Assembly (NCBI GenBank): GCA_965262725.1
Contig: OZ253555.1
Span: 2,880,001 to 2,944,000, forward strand
Length of the DNA: 64,000 bases
Direction: 5' to 3'
From: Dehalococcoidia bacterium
GTDB lineage: Bacteria > Chloroflexota > Dehalococcoidia > UBA2979
The notes beneath the pieces were generated by a model, which was not told the origin of the DNA, searched no databases, and saw only the letters and a program-made list of their open reading frames with translations. Of this stretch, positions 31,700-40,940 are shown in pieces. A program made the position numbers and the translations under genes. Every line of letters starts with the position of its first letter. Position 1 is the first letter of the stretch.

Positions 31700-32920
31700 C
31701 TAGCCGCGCGGGAGACCGAGGCCGCGCGTGGCGATCACGTTGCGCTGGATCTCGGAGGTCCCCGAGGCGATCGTCCGCGAGAGGCTCTCCACGTACGCCT
31801 GCGCAAAGAAGGCCTCCAGCGGGGAGTACGCGTCGTCGGGATCCCAGAGCAGGCTGTAGAGACCGTAAGTGGAGGCGCCCGTGCGCGCGATCGCCTGCGC
31901 CAGCTCGGAGCCGAAGACCTTCGAGACGGAGGCCTCGTGGTTCGGCACGCGGCCGGCCTTCTCTATGGAGATGATCTGGGCGGAGAAGCCGTAGAGCACC
32001 TCCGCCTCGACCCAGCGCTGCGCGATCTGCTGGCGCACGGAGTCGAGTCGGCCGAGCCGCGCGCGGTCCGCCCCCTCGCCGCCCGCATTCGCGATCAGGC
32101 GTGAGAGGAGGCGGCGCGCCTCCACAGCACCGGCGACGTTCGAGCGCTCGAAGTCGAGCACCGTCATCGCCACGTACCACCCGCGGTTCTCGTCACCCAC
32201 GCGGTTGGTGACGGGAACGCGCGCACCGTCGAAGAAGGTCTCGTTGAAGGCGTGGCGCCAGTTCAGGTTGATGAGCGGACGGAGCTCGATCCCCGGCTGC
32301 CGCATGTCGACGAGCACGAAGGAGACGCCACGATGACGCGGGAGATCGGGATCGGTGCGCGCAAGCACGCAGATCCACTCCGCCTCGTGCCCGTCGGAGG
32401 TCCAGATCTTCTGGCCGTTCAGGACGTATTCGTCCCCATCCCGGACGGCGCGTGTGGTGAGGCCGGCGAGATCGGAGCCCGCGCCGGGCTCGGAGAAGCC
32501 CTGCGCCCACACCACCGAGCCGTCGAGGATGCGCGGCAGGTGCGTCCGCTTCTGTTCCTCAGTGCCGTGGATGATCAGGGCGGAGCCGAGGAATCCGACT
32601 CCCACGCCCTGCACGGAGGGCGCGTCTACACGCGCCATCTCCTCGTTGAAGACGAACTGCTCCGCGGGTCCGAGTCCGGCGCCTCCGTATTCGCGCGGCC
32701 AGTGGGGCGCGAACCACCCCCGCCGCGCGAGCGACTCGGCCCAGCGCCGCGCCGTCTCCCGTCGCTCGGACTCTCGGGAGAGGCGATCCTTCTGCCACAC
32801 GCGCCTGACGATGCGGTTATGCGTGGCGAGCTCCCGATAGCGCTCCGGGAGCTCATGCTCGAGGAAGTCTCGCACCCGGCGGCGGAAGGCCGCCTCCGCG
32901 GCGCTGTCCTGCCACTCCAT
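31700..32920 (-). CDS. Acyl-CoA dehydrogenase (FadE-like)
   Basis: 'WAQGFSEPGAGSDLA', 'NGQKIWTS', 'TIASGTSEIQRNVIA'. Confidence 0.92.
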   Translation of the reverse strand: MEWQDSAAEAAFRRRVRDFLEHELPERYRELATHNRIVRRVWQKDRLSRESERRETARRWAESLARRGWFAPHWPREYGGAGLGPAEQFVFNEEMARVDAPSVQGVGVGFLGSALIIHGTEEQKRTHLPRILDGSVVWAQGFSEPGAGSDLAGLTTRAVRDGDEYVLNGQKIWTSDGHEAEWICVLARTDPDLPRHRGVSFVLVDMRQPGIELRPLINLNWRHAFNETFFDGARVPVTNRVGDENRGWYVAMTVLDFERSNVAGAVEARRLLSRLIANAGGEGADRARLGRLDSVRQQIAQRWVEAEVLYGFSAQIISIEKAGRVPNHEASVSKVFGSELAQAIARTGASTYGLYSLLWDPDDAYSPLEAFFAQAYVESLSRTIASGTSEIQRNVIATRGLGLPRG

Positions 32921-33055
32921 TGCGTCCCGCCTCCCCGCCGCCTGCGCCAGCGTGTCGCCAATCCGTCGCGGCGCGCCGCGGAACCGCCTGCCGACGGCCG
33001 GGCCGACTCGGCCCTACGCCTCCGCGCCCGGACCGGGCGCGCTCGATGGCGCCCG

Positions 33056-33181
33056 TCAGCAGCCGGGCTCGCCGCCGTGTCCGCAGCAGAGCGACAGGTT
33101 CACGATCTTCCGCCAGTTGTTGCGCGCGACCAGACGCAGCTTGACGTGAAACGGTGCCTCGTAGCTGTGCCAGTTGGACAC
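33056..33181 (-). CDS. Small protein ending CCGHGGEPGC (start at GTG 33181 or ATG 33223)
   Basis: 'SNWHSYEAPFHVKLRLVARNNWRKIVNLSLCCGHGGEPGC*' has protein-like composition unlike the GC-driven shadow ORFs; TATGGT -10-like hexamer 6 nt before ATG 33223. Confidence 0.65.
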   Translation of the reverse strand: MSNWHSYEAPFHVKLRLVARNNWRKIVNLSLCCGHGGEPGC

Positions 33182-33310
33182 GACGCTGAAAGACCACCGG
33201 CGGCCGCCGCCCGTGTCGCACATGCCGCCACCATACAGGACGCGCGCAGCCCGGCCGCCACAGAGAAGGCCACCCCGGCTCCCCGGGACCACCGGCTTCG
33301 GCACAGGGTA

Positions 33311-33376
33311 GTATGGGCGGGGGCGGATGGGGTGCCGCCGAATCCCCTCCGGTGCCTCATCCAAACCCGCCCACAC
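33311..33376 (+). other. Long imperfect hairpin in a divergent intergenic region (possible ncRNA or regulatory structure)
   Basis: TGGGCGGG/CCCGCCCA, GGATGGGG/CCTCATCC and TGCCG/CGGTG stems, 12-nt loop; mismatches read as G-U pairs on the + strand. Confidence 0.45.
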
Positions 33377-33549
33377 GATATACGACGGACGCGGATGCCG
33401 CGGATTCATGGCCGCCCGCGCGCGGGCCGGCGGCGCCGGCGACCGATGCGTCCAGGCGCCCCGGGGAGCCGGCCCTCGGCCGGCGCCGGCGTTGTGGGCC
33501 CGGCAAGCCGCACAGTACGATGCCCGCTCACTCGGCAGGGGGGACATCG

Positions 33550-35598
33550 ATGCGAGCCTACGCCTCGGGACAGCTTCGGAACGTCGTTCTTCTCGGGCAC
33601 CACGGTGCCGGGAAGACCACCCTCGGCGAGGCAATGCTCCTCCAGTCGGGTGCAATCGACCGGGCGGGATCGATCGACGCCGGCAACACCGTCGGCGACT
33701 TCGACCCGCTCGAGCGCCGGCACCATTACTCGATCTCCCTCGCCATGCTCCCCGTCGAGTGGGGGGAGACGCGGGTCAACCTGATCGACACCCCCGGCTC
33801 GCCGGACTTCGAGGGCGGCGTGGCCTGCGGGGTGCATGCGGCCGACGCCGCGCTCCTCGCGGTGGACGCCGTGTCAGGGATCGAGGGCGGGACGGAGGTC
33901 GCCTGGGAGCACGCCGCGCGCTCCGGACTGCCGCGTCTCGTCGTCGTGAACCGGATGGATCGCGAGAACGCCAACTTCCAGCGCGTGCTGGACTCGCTAC
34001 GTGGGCGCTTCGGGCAGCGGCTGGTGCCGCTCGCTTTGCCGGTGGGCCAGGCGTCGGCGTTCTCCGGGATCGTCGATCTCGTGAGCGGTCGGGCTCGCAC
34101 CGGAACCACGGGCGACGCTGCCGACGCACCGGTCGAGCTCGCCGACGAGATCGAGGCCGCGCGCGAGCAGCTGCTCGAGGCCGTCGCCGAGACCGACGAC
34201 GATCTCCTGACCAGCTACCTGGAGGGGGAGGAGGTGACCCCGGAGGCGCTCGCTGCCGCGCTCGCCGCGGCGGTCGCTGCCGGAGAAGTGATCCCGGTCG
34301 TCCCGGCCTCCGCCAAGGAGGGGGTGGGGATCGCCGCGCTACTCGATGCCCTGGCACAGTACGCCCCCTCACCTCTGGGGCGGGCGCACGCCACCGAGAG
34401 CGATGGAATCGTGACGAGCGAGGACGGCCCGGTCGTCGCGCAGGTTTTCAAGACGACGGCCGATGCCTTCGTCGGGCGCCTCACCTTTCTGCACGTCCTC
34501 TCCGGCACGCTGAGGGCCGATGCGCACCCCTTCAACGTGCAGCGCGGCCAGACGGAGCGCCTCGGCCACCTCTACATCCAGCGGGGGAAGGAGCAGATCG
34601 AGGTGCCCGAGCTCGTTGCCGGCGATATCGGCGTCGCCGCCAAACTCCAGCACACCCTCACCGGTGACTCGCTCGTCGGCACGGAGGGGGAGGCGGTGCG
34701 CGCCGCCGCGATCCCGCTCCCCGTTCCCACCTACCGCACCGCGATCCAGCCGCGCACCAAGTCGGACGTCGACAAGCTCTCGACTGCCCTCGCGCGCATC
34801 CGCGAGCAGGATCCCACCATTCGCGTCGAGCGCGATCCCGACACCGCGGAGCTCGTGATGCTCACGGTCGGCGACGCACAGGTGGCCGACGTGGCGGATC
34901 GGCTCGCCCAGAACTTCGGCGTCGACGTCGACATGGCAGTGCCGCGCGTCCCCTACCGGGAGACGATCAGCGCGCCGGCGCGGGCCGAGTACAAGCACAG
35001 GAAGCAGACCGGCGGTCACGGCCAGTACGGGCACGTCGTCATCCAGCTCGAACCGCTGACGCGGGGCGACGGCTTCGAGTTCGCCCACAAGGTCGTCGGT
35101 GGCAACGTGCCGCGCCAGTTCATCCCCGCGGTCCAGAAGGGGATCGCTGAGACACTCCCCGACGGCCCTGTCGCCCACTCGCCGGTGGTCGACCTGCGGG
35201 TGACGCTGCTCGACGGCTCGTCCCACTCCGTCGACTCCTCGGAGATGGCCTTCAAGATTGCCGCGTCTCAGGCTCTCAGGCAGGGGATCCTGGACGCACG
35301 GCCCCAGCTGCTCGAGCCGATCGTCCGGCTTGTGATCCGCACGCCGAGCGACAACCTCGGAGACGTGATGAGCGACCTCAACGGACGGCGCGCACAGGTC
35401 CACGGCGTGGAGCCCGACGGCGTCTTCTCCACCGTCACCGCCGAGGCGCCGCTCGCCGAGGTGCAGCGATTCTCAGCGGATGTGCGCGCGCTCACCGGCG
35501 CGCGCGGCCGCTTCTCGCTGGAGTTCGCGCACTACGCCGACGTCCCCGCTCACGTTCAGGAGCAGGTGCTGAAGGGGCTCGCCGCGGCGGCGACGTAG
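33550..35598 (+). CDS. fusA: Elongation factor G paralogue (EF-G2 / FusA2-like)
   Basis: 'GHHGAGKTT', 'LIDTPG', 'NRMD', 'PRVPYRETI', 'KHRKQTGGHGQYG', 'GSSHSVDSSEMAFKIA'; stand-alone, not in the str operon. Confidence 0.9.
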   Translation: MRAYASGQLRNVVLLGHHGAGKTTLGEAMLLQSGAIDRAGSIDAGNTVGDFDPLERRHHYSISLAMLPVEWGETRVNLIDTPGSPDFEGGVACGVHAADAALLAVDAVSGIEGGTEVAWEHAARSGLPRLVVVNRMDRENANFQRVLDSLRGRFGQRLVPLALPVGQASAFSGIVDLVSGRARTGTTGDAADAPVELADEIEAAREQLLEAVAETDDDLLTSYLEGEEVTPEALAAALAAAVAAGEVIPVVPASAKEGVGIAALLDALAQYAPSPLGRAHATESDGIVTSEDGPVVAQVFKTTADAFVGRLTFLHVLSGTLRADAHPFNVQRGQTERLGHLYIQRGKEQIEVPELVAGDIGVAAKLQHTLTGDSLVGTEGEAVRAAAIPLPVPTYRTAIQPRTKSDVDKLSTALARIREQDPTIRVERDPDTAELVMLTVGDAQVADVADRLAQNFGVDVDMAVPRVPYRETISAPARAEYKHRKQTGGHGQYGHVVIQLEPLTRGDGFEFAHKVVGGNVPRQFIPAVQKGIAETLPDGPVAHSPVVDLRVTLLDGSSHSVDSSEMAFKIAASQALRQGILDARPQLLEPIVRLVIRTPSDNLGDVMSDLNGRRAQVHGVEPDGVFSTVTAEAPLAEVQRFSADVRALTGARGRFSLEFAHYADVPAHVQEQVLKGLAAAAT

Positions 35599-35637
35599 GG
35601 ACCGCGGCCGGCGCTCGGGCCGCGCCTCGCTCGGTCG

Positions 35638-36129
35638 CTACGGGATCACGTTGTCGGAGGTCCCGGCCCCGTCGGCGTCGCCGATCCCGGGGCGCCCCCA
35701 AAGCGTCCGATGCTGCTCGCCCGTGAGCGCCCGGCGCAACTCGCGCTTCTCGAGCACGCCGAGCTCGCCCAGGCACGCTTCCGCCCGCTCCAGGGCGGAG
35801 CCGTCGCCGGTCGCGACGAGGCGATCGAGCAGACACTCCCAGACGCCGAGGCGGCGGACGGCGTCCACGCGCCGCGTCCAGAGGATTGTGGTGATCGAAT
35901 CGGGGCGCGGGAGCCCGGAGCGCAGGCGCCTCAGCGAGCTCAGGCGTTCGCCGGTGCTCGCGGCGATCGGCACCAGCCGAACCAGGGGCACGACGCTCTC
36001 AGCGGTGCGCGTGTCGACGACAAGTGTCGTGCGGAGCAGCGGGAAACAGAGGCAGACGACCTCCGCCTCGGCGATCGTGCGAACGATGTGTTCGACGTCG
36101 ACGTCGACATCGAACCCGCCGTCGAGCAT
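35638..36129 (-). CDS. Hypothetical protein
   Basis: Protein-like ORF downstream of tyrS ('FPLLRTTLVVDTR', 'LPRPDSITTILW'). Confidence 0.65.
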   Translation of the reverse strand: MLDGGFDVDVDVEHIVRTIAEAEVVCLCFPLLRTTLVVDTRTAESVVPLVRLVPIAASTGERLSSLRRLRSGLPRPDSITTILWTRRVDAVRRLGVWECLLDRLVATGDGSALERAEACLGELGVLEKRELRRALTGEQHRTLWGRPGIGDADGAGTSDNVIP

Positions 36130-36176
36130 CTGCGGCCCCCGCCGGCACCAGCCGGATGCCCGCGCACCTTACCACC

Positions 36177-37427
36177 TCAGGCGCCGCGCTCCGTTCCCAA
36201 GACGATCCGCAGGAAGCGATGCCGGCCGACGCGCAACTCGTCCCCGGGCGCCAGCGGACGCGTCGCCTCGGCGACGCGCTCCCCGTTCACCGCGACCGCG
36301 CCCTGCATCACGAGCCGCTTCGCCTCGGCGCTGCTCGCGGCGAGCCCGGAGGCGACGAGCACGCGGTGGAGCGAGCCGGCCCCCTCCGGCGACCCGCTCT
36401 CAAGCGCGTACTCGAGCATCTCGGCGGGGCTCTCGCCACGCTGGATCGTCGACTCGAAGTGGCGCTGCGCCTCATCGGCGGCCTCGGCCGGGTGAAGCGA
36501 GCCGACGATCGCATGAGCGAGCCGCTTCTTCGCCTCCATCGCGGGAAGCTCGCCTGCCTCCACCCGACCGAGGATCTCGAAGACCTGCTGCGCGGTGAGA
36601 GGCGTGAGGAGCGTGAAGTAGTCGGCGATCGCCGAGTCCGGGATCGACATCACCTTCCCGTAGATGTTGGACGGAGACTCGTCGACGCCGATGTAGTTGC
36701 CAGTCGTCTTCGACATCTTCAGGCGGCCGTCGGTCCCCACGAGGATCGGGACCGTGAGCACGACCTGCGGTCGCTGCTCGAACTCCCGCTGCAGCGTCCG
36801 GCCCGCCATCAGGTTGAAGAGCTGCTCCGAGCCGCCCACCTGGACGTCGGTCTCGAGCGAGACGGCGTCATAGGCCTGCAGGATCGCGTAGAGAAACTCC
36901 GAGAGGTGGATCGGATCGTGGCGTTCCCACCGGCGCGCGAAGTTCTCGCGCTCGAGAAACTGCGCGACCGTGAAGTGCGAGCAGAGCCTGAGAACGTCCT
37001 CGAAGCGCAGCCCCGCGAGCCACTCCACGTTCTCGCGCACCGTCGTGCGCTCGCGGTCGAGGATGCGGAAGGCCTGATCCAGGTAGGTCTCGGCGTTGGC
37101 GCGCACCTGCTCTGCGCTCAGCATCGGGCGGTGCCTGTCCTTGTCCGAGGGGTCGCCTCCGAGCAGAGCGGTGAAGGTCCCGACGAGGAAGGTGACGTCG
37201 TGTCCCAGGTCCTGAAACTGCCGAAGCTTGCGCATGGACAGAGTGTGACCGAGCGTCAGGTCGACCGCGGTCGGGTCGTAACCACAGTAGACGCGAAGCG
37301 GTCGATCCTCCTCGAGCCGCGCACGAAGCTCAGCCTCCATCACCTGCCGCATCTGCGCGTCGCCGAACTCGGTCCCGCGCAGCAGCACGGCGAGCTGCTC
37401 TTCGACCGGCGCCATGCGCCGGCTCAC
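36177..37427 (-). CDS. tyrS: Tyrosine-tRNA ligase
   Basis: 'YCGYDPT.. DLTLGH', 'YAILQAYD', 'GGSEQLFN', 'KMSKT', C-terminal S4 domain. Confidence 0.96.
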   Translation of the reverse strand: MSRRMAPVEEQLAVLLRGTEFGDAQMRQVMEAELRARLEEDRPLRVYCGYDPTAVDLTLGHTLSMRKLRQFQDLGHDVTFLVGTFTALLGGDPSDKDRHRPMLSAEQVRANAETYLDQAFRILDRERTTVRENVEWLAGLRFEDVLRLCSHFTVAQFLERENFARRWERHDPIHLSEFLYAILQAYDAVSLETDVQVGGSEQLFNLMAGRTLQREFEQRPQVVLTVPILVGTDGRLKMSKTTGNYIGVDESPSNIYGKVMSIPDSAIADYFTLLTPLTAQQVFEILGRVEAGELPAMEAKKRLAHAIVGSLHPAEAADEAQRHFESTIQRGESPAEMLEYALESGSPEGAGSLHRVLVASGLAASSAEAKRLVMQGAVAVNGERVAEATRPLAPGDELRVGRHRFLRIVLGTERGA

Positions 37428-38359
37428 GCCGGCACCCGCGAGGAGAGGTAGCGGCGGCCCTCGGCGATGTCCCGTCCGATCTGCTCGATCAGGCCGTCGG
37501 GATCGGCGAAGCGCCGCTCCGGTCGCAACCGGTGGAGGAGATCTATGGAGACGTGGTGTCCGTAGAGGTCCCCCGAGAAGTCGAGCAGGTGCGTCTCCAC
37601 CTGCCGGCTGCTCCCGTCGAAGGTGGGGCGGACGCCAATATTCGTGACCGCGCCGAGGCGCTCGCCGCCGACGCCCGCGCGGCAGACGTAGACCCCGTTC
37701 GGAGGCAGCGCGCGGTCGGGGCTGACACCGATGTTCAGGGTCGGGAACCCGATGCGGCGGCCGCGCTCGTCGCCCCGCAGGACGGGGCCGCGCAGCGAAT
37801 AGGGGCGTCCGAGGAGCCGCGCGACCTGCTCCAGATCCCCCGCCGCGAGAGACTGCCGGATGCGCGTGGAGGAGACCTTGCTCTCATCCTCGGCCAGGAG
37901 GTCGACCGTCACCACCTCGATGCCGAGCGGCGCGGCGAGCTCCCCGAGGCGCTCCGCCGTCCCCTCGCGCCCGCGACCGAGGGCGAAGTCGCCGCCGACT
38001 ACGAGCAGGCGGGCCAGCGCCTCCTCCGCGAGGAGCCGCATGAACTCCCCGGCGCTCACCTGCGCGAGCTCCGAGGTGAAGCTCACCACGGTGACGAACT
38101 CGGCGCCCAGCCCCCCGAGCAGCTCCACGCGGCGCTCGAGCGACTCGAGGTAGGCGAGGGGAACGTCGGGGCGCAGCACGGCGATCGGGCTCGGGTGGAA
38201 CGTGACAACGCCCGGCTTCAGATGCCGGGCCTCTGCCTCTCGGCGCAGCCGCTCGACGAGCGCGCCGTGCCCGCGGTGGACGCCGTCGAAGACGCCCAGC
38301 GTGATCGCGCTCTCGACGGGACGGACCCCGCGGCGCAGCTCCTCGCGGACCAGCAGCAC
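37424..38359 (-). CDS. ribF: Bifunctional riboflavin kinase / FAD synthetase
   Basis: 'GVFDGVHRGH', 'VSSTRIR', 'GRRIGFPTLN', 'NIGVRPTF', 'ETHLLDF'. Confidence 0.96.
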   Translation of the reverse strand: MLLVREELRRGVRPVESAITLGVFDGVHRGHGALVERLRREAEARHLKPGVVTFHPSPIAVLRPDVPLAYLESLERRVELLGGLGAEFVTVVSFTSELAQVSAGEFMRLLAEEALARLLVVGGDFALGRGREGTAERLGELAAPLGIEVVTVDLLAEDESKVSSTRIRQSLAAGDLEQVARLLGRPYSLRGPVLRGDERGRRIGFPTLNIGVSPDRALPPNGVYVCRAGVGGERLGAVTNIGVRPTFDGSSRQVETHLLDFSGDLYGHHVSIDLLHRLRPERRFADPDGLIEQIGRDIAEGRRYLSSRVPA

Positions 38360-38443
38360 GGGCGGTGGGTGTCCCTTCGCTGGCGGCCGCGGCCGGGTGG
38401 ACGGGGCGATCGTAGCACCCGCCCACGCGAGGCGGCACGGAGG

Positions 38444-39277
38444 CTACTGGTCCGGGAGATCGAGGCCGAGCTGCGCGGGCACGGGCGGCAGGGCACCGGG
38501 CCGGCGCTCGAGCTCGATGTCGCCGAAGGGGGTGACCTGCGTAGCCTCGACGAATCCGGCCTTGATCAGCTCGAGCACGGCGAGGAAGTCAACGACGACC
38601 TGAAGGCGCGAGCGCGCGCCCTCCAGCAGGCTGCGGAAGGAGAGCCGGCGCTCCTCCTCCAGCCGCGCAACGAGGACCTCGATCCGGTCGCGGAGCCGGA
38701 CGCGCTCCCGCGTCACGGGAGGGGTTGCGAAGGCCTGCCCCGCAGCGACGCGATCGAGCACGCCGCGGAAGATCGCCGCCAGCGCCTCCATCTCCACGCC
38801 GTCGAGGCCGCTTCCAAGCGGCCGCTCGGGGACCGCCGCCTCGCGACGGTAGGAGCGCCCGGCGTCGCCGAGCGCGCGCAACTCGGCTGCGAGGTCACGG
38901 TAGCGCCTGTACTCACGGAGCGCGGCCACGAGCGCCTCCGCGTCGTCCTCCTCCTCCTCCGCCTCCGCCTCCTCGGCGTCGCGCGGGAGCAGGGCGCGCG
39001 ACTTCAGGAGCAGCAGCCGTGCACCGATCGCGATGAACTCGGCGAGGCGGGCGACGTCGATGCGATCCGCCGCGCGCAGGTGGGCGAGGTACTGCTCGGT
39101 GACCTGGAGCAGGGAGACCGCCGTGATATCGAGTTCGCGGCGCTCGATCAGGTGCAACAGCAGGTCCAGCGGCCCCTCGAAGGCGGGAAGCCTCAGGGCG
39201 AAGCCGGGCGCGTCGGGGCTGGCGGGGGCCTCCGGAGCGCCCGCGCGACCCGCTTCCTGCTCCCCGCCTGCCCTCAC
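38444..39277 (-). CDS. scpA: Segregation and condensation protein A (kleisin)
   Basis: 'FEGPLDLLLHLI', 'LLLLKSRALLP', 'FLAVLELIK', 'Q..PFGDI'. Confidence 0.93.
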   Translation of the reverse strand: MRAGGEQEAGRAGAPEAPASPDAPGFALRLPAFEGPLDLLLHLIERRELDITAVSLLQVTEQYLAHLRAADRIDVARLAEFIAIGARLLLLKSRALLPRDAEEAEAEEEEDDAEALVAALREYRRYRDLAAELRALGDAGRSYRREAAVPERPLGSGLDGVEMEALAAIFRGVLDRVAAGQAFATPPVTRERVRLRDRIEVLVARLEEERRLSFRSLLEGARSRLQVVVDFLAVLELIKAGFVEATQVTPFGDIELERRPGALPPVPAQLGLDLPDQ

Positions 39278-39290
39278 ACGGGATCCCCGC

Positions 39291-40334
39291 TCACCGGGTG
39301 ACCGCCACCGGGAGGGGATGCAGCGGCCGCCCGACCGCGTCCGCGACGCCGCGCGCGCGCTGCATCAGCGCGTCGAAGTTCTCGGGCGTGAGCGACTGGG
39401 CGCCGTCGGAGAGCGCGTGATCGGGGCTCGAGTGCACCTCGACCATCACGCCGTCCGCTCCCGAGGCGATGGCCGCGAGCGCCATCGGCTGCACGAGGTA
39501 CCACTTCCCCGTCCCGTGCGAGGGGTCGGCGAGCACGGGGAGGTGGGAGAGCCGCTTCACCAGAGCGACGGCGTTGAGGTCAAGCGTGTTGCGCGTCGCG
39601 ACCTCGAAAGTCCGTATGCCCCTCTCGCAGAGGATCACCTGCGTGTTCCCCTGGGCGAGGATGTACTCGGCGCCGAGCAGCCACTCCTCGATGGTGCCGG
39701 AGATGCCGCGCTTGAGCATCACCGGCTTCCCGGCGCGGCCCACCTCGTCCAGGAGCGAGAAGTTCTGCGCGTTGCGGGCGCCTATCTGCAGCACGTCCGA
39801 GTGCTCGGCGACCGACTCCACGTCGCGCTCCGAGAGAAGTTCGGTGATGACCGGCATCGATAGCTCGGCGCCGGCCGCCGCGAGCAGCCGCAATCCCTCC
39901 AGCCCCAGCCCGCGGAAGGAGTAGGGCGAGCTGCGCGGCTTGAACGCGCCGCCGCGCAGGACATGCGCGCCCGCGCTGCGGACGGCGCGCGCCGACTCGA
40001 AGAGCTGCTCCTCGTTCTCGATGGAGCAGGGGCCGGCTATCACGACGGTCTCCCCGCCTCCGACGCGGAGCCCGTATGGGAGGTCCACGACCGTGTCCTC
40101 CGGATGCGTCTCCCGCGAGGCGAGCTTGTACGGCTTCGAGATGCGGACCACCTCGTCGACACCCTCCATCGTCGCGAGCTCGTCGCGGAGCTCCGGGAAG
40201 ACCTGCCCCAGCACGGCGATCACAGTGCGCTCGACACCTACGATTTGGCGCTCGCGAAGCCCGAGCTCGCGGATCCGGTTCACGACGGCCTCGCGCCGCT
40301 CGGGCTCGTGCCCAATCTTCATGACAACGATCAC
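39291..40334 (-). CDS. aroF: 3-deoxy-7-phosphoheptulonate synthase (type I-beta, N-terminal ACT)
   Basis: 'IAGPCSIE', 'RGGAFKPRSSPYSF', 'QIGARNAQN', 'LCERGIRTFE', 'DPSHGTG'; GGAGGA SD before GTG 40334. Confidence 0.95.
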   Translation of the reverse strand: MIVVMKIGHEPERREAVVNRIRELGLRERQIVGVERTVIAVLGQVFPELRDELATMEGVDEVVRISKPYKLASRETHPEDTVVDLPYGLRVGGGETVVIAGPCSIENEEQLFESARAVRSAGAHVLRGGAFKPRSSPYSFRGLGLEGLRLLAAAGAELSMPVITELLSERDVESVAEHSDVLQIGARNAQNFSLLDEVGRAGKPVMLKRGISGTIEEWLLGAEYILAQGNTQVILCERGIRTFEVATRNTLDLNAVALVKRLSHLPVLADPSHGTGKWYLVQPMALAAIASGADGVMVEVHSSPDHALSDGAQSLTPENFDALMQRARGVADAVGRPLHPLPVAVTR

Positions 40335-40732
40335 GATGACTCCTCCACAGGTCGGGGCCGGGACTCCGCCTCGACCGCCAGATCGGGACGCAGCACCTGC
40401 GCCCCCCTTAGATAGATGTGCTCCAGCTCGCCCGCAGCCCGCTCGGTGTTGACGTGGATGAGGATGCGCACGCACTGCGGCAGGCTGCCCGGGACGCTCA
40501 TCTCGTGCGTGCAGAGCAGTGCGACATCCGTCCAGCCCGCCGTCCGCGCGGCGACGGCGGGGAACTCTGCGTTGAGATCCGGCGTCGTGCTGAAGAGGAT
40601 CGAGGCGACGTCCTCGCGCCGGACGCCGTTGGCGCGCACGAGGCACTCGAGCAGCTCCGACGTCGCCTCGAGTATCGCCTCGCGCGAGTTCATCGCCGCC
40701 GTTGTGGCGCCCCGGATACCACGGACCGGCAT
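40331..40732 (-). CDS. aroH: Chorismate mutase, AroH class
   Basis: 'VRGIRGATT', 'DLNAEFPA', 'EMSVPGSL', 'HIYLRGAQVLRPDL'. Confidence 0.95.
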   Translation of the reverse strand: MPVRGIRGATTAAMNSREAILEATSELLECLVRANGVRREDVASILFSTTPDLNAEFPAVAARTAGWTDVALLCTHEMSVPGSLPQCVRILIHVNTERAAGELEHIYLRGAQVLRPDLAVEAESRPRPVEESS

Positions 40733-40940
40733 GGCGCGTGCGCTCCCGTCCCCACCTGCACCAGAGACTTCGCGTTCGACGGCGACCGCCGCCGGCGGGC
40801 CGCCCTACCGGATCCCCGCGCCACGCGGGACGCGGGTCGGCGCCCGGCCCCTAAACGCGCCGGCCAACGGCCAGCCGCCGGGAGGCGCGGCGGGCTCGGG
40901 GCGCGGGGCGTGTGCCACCCCCCGTACGACCCGTTCACCG

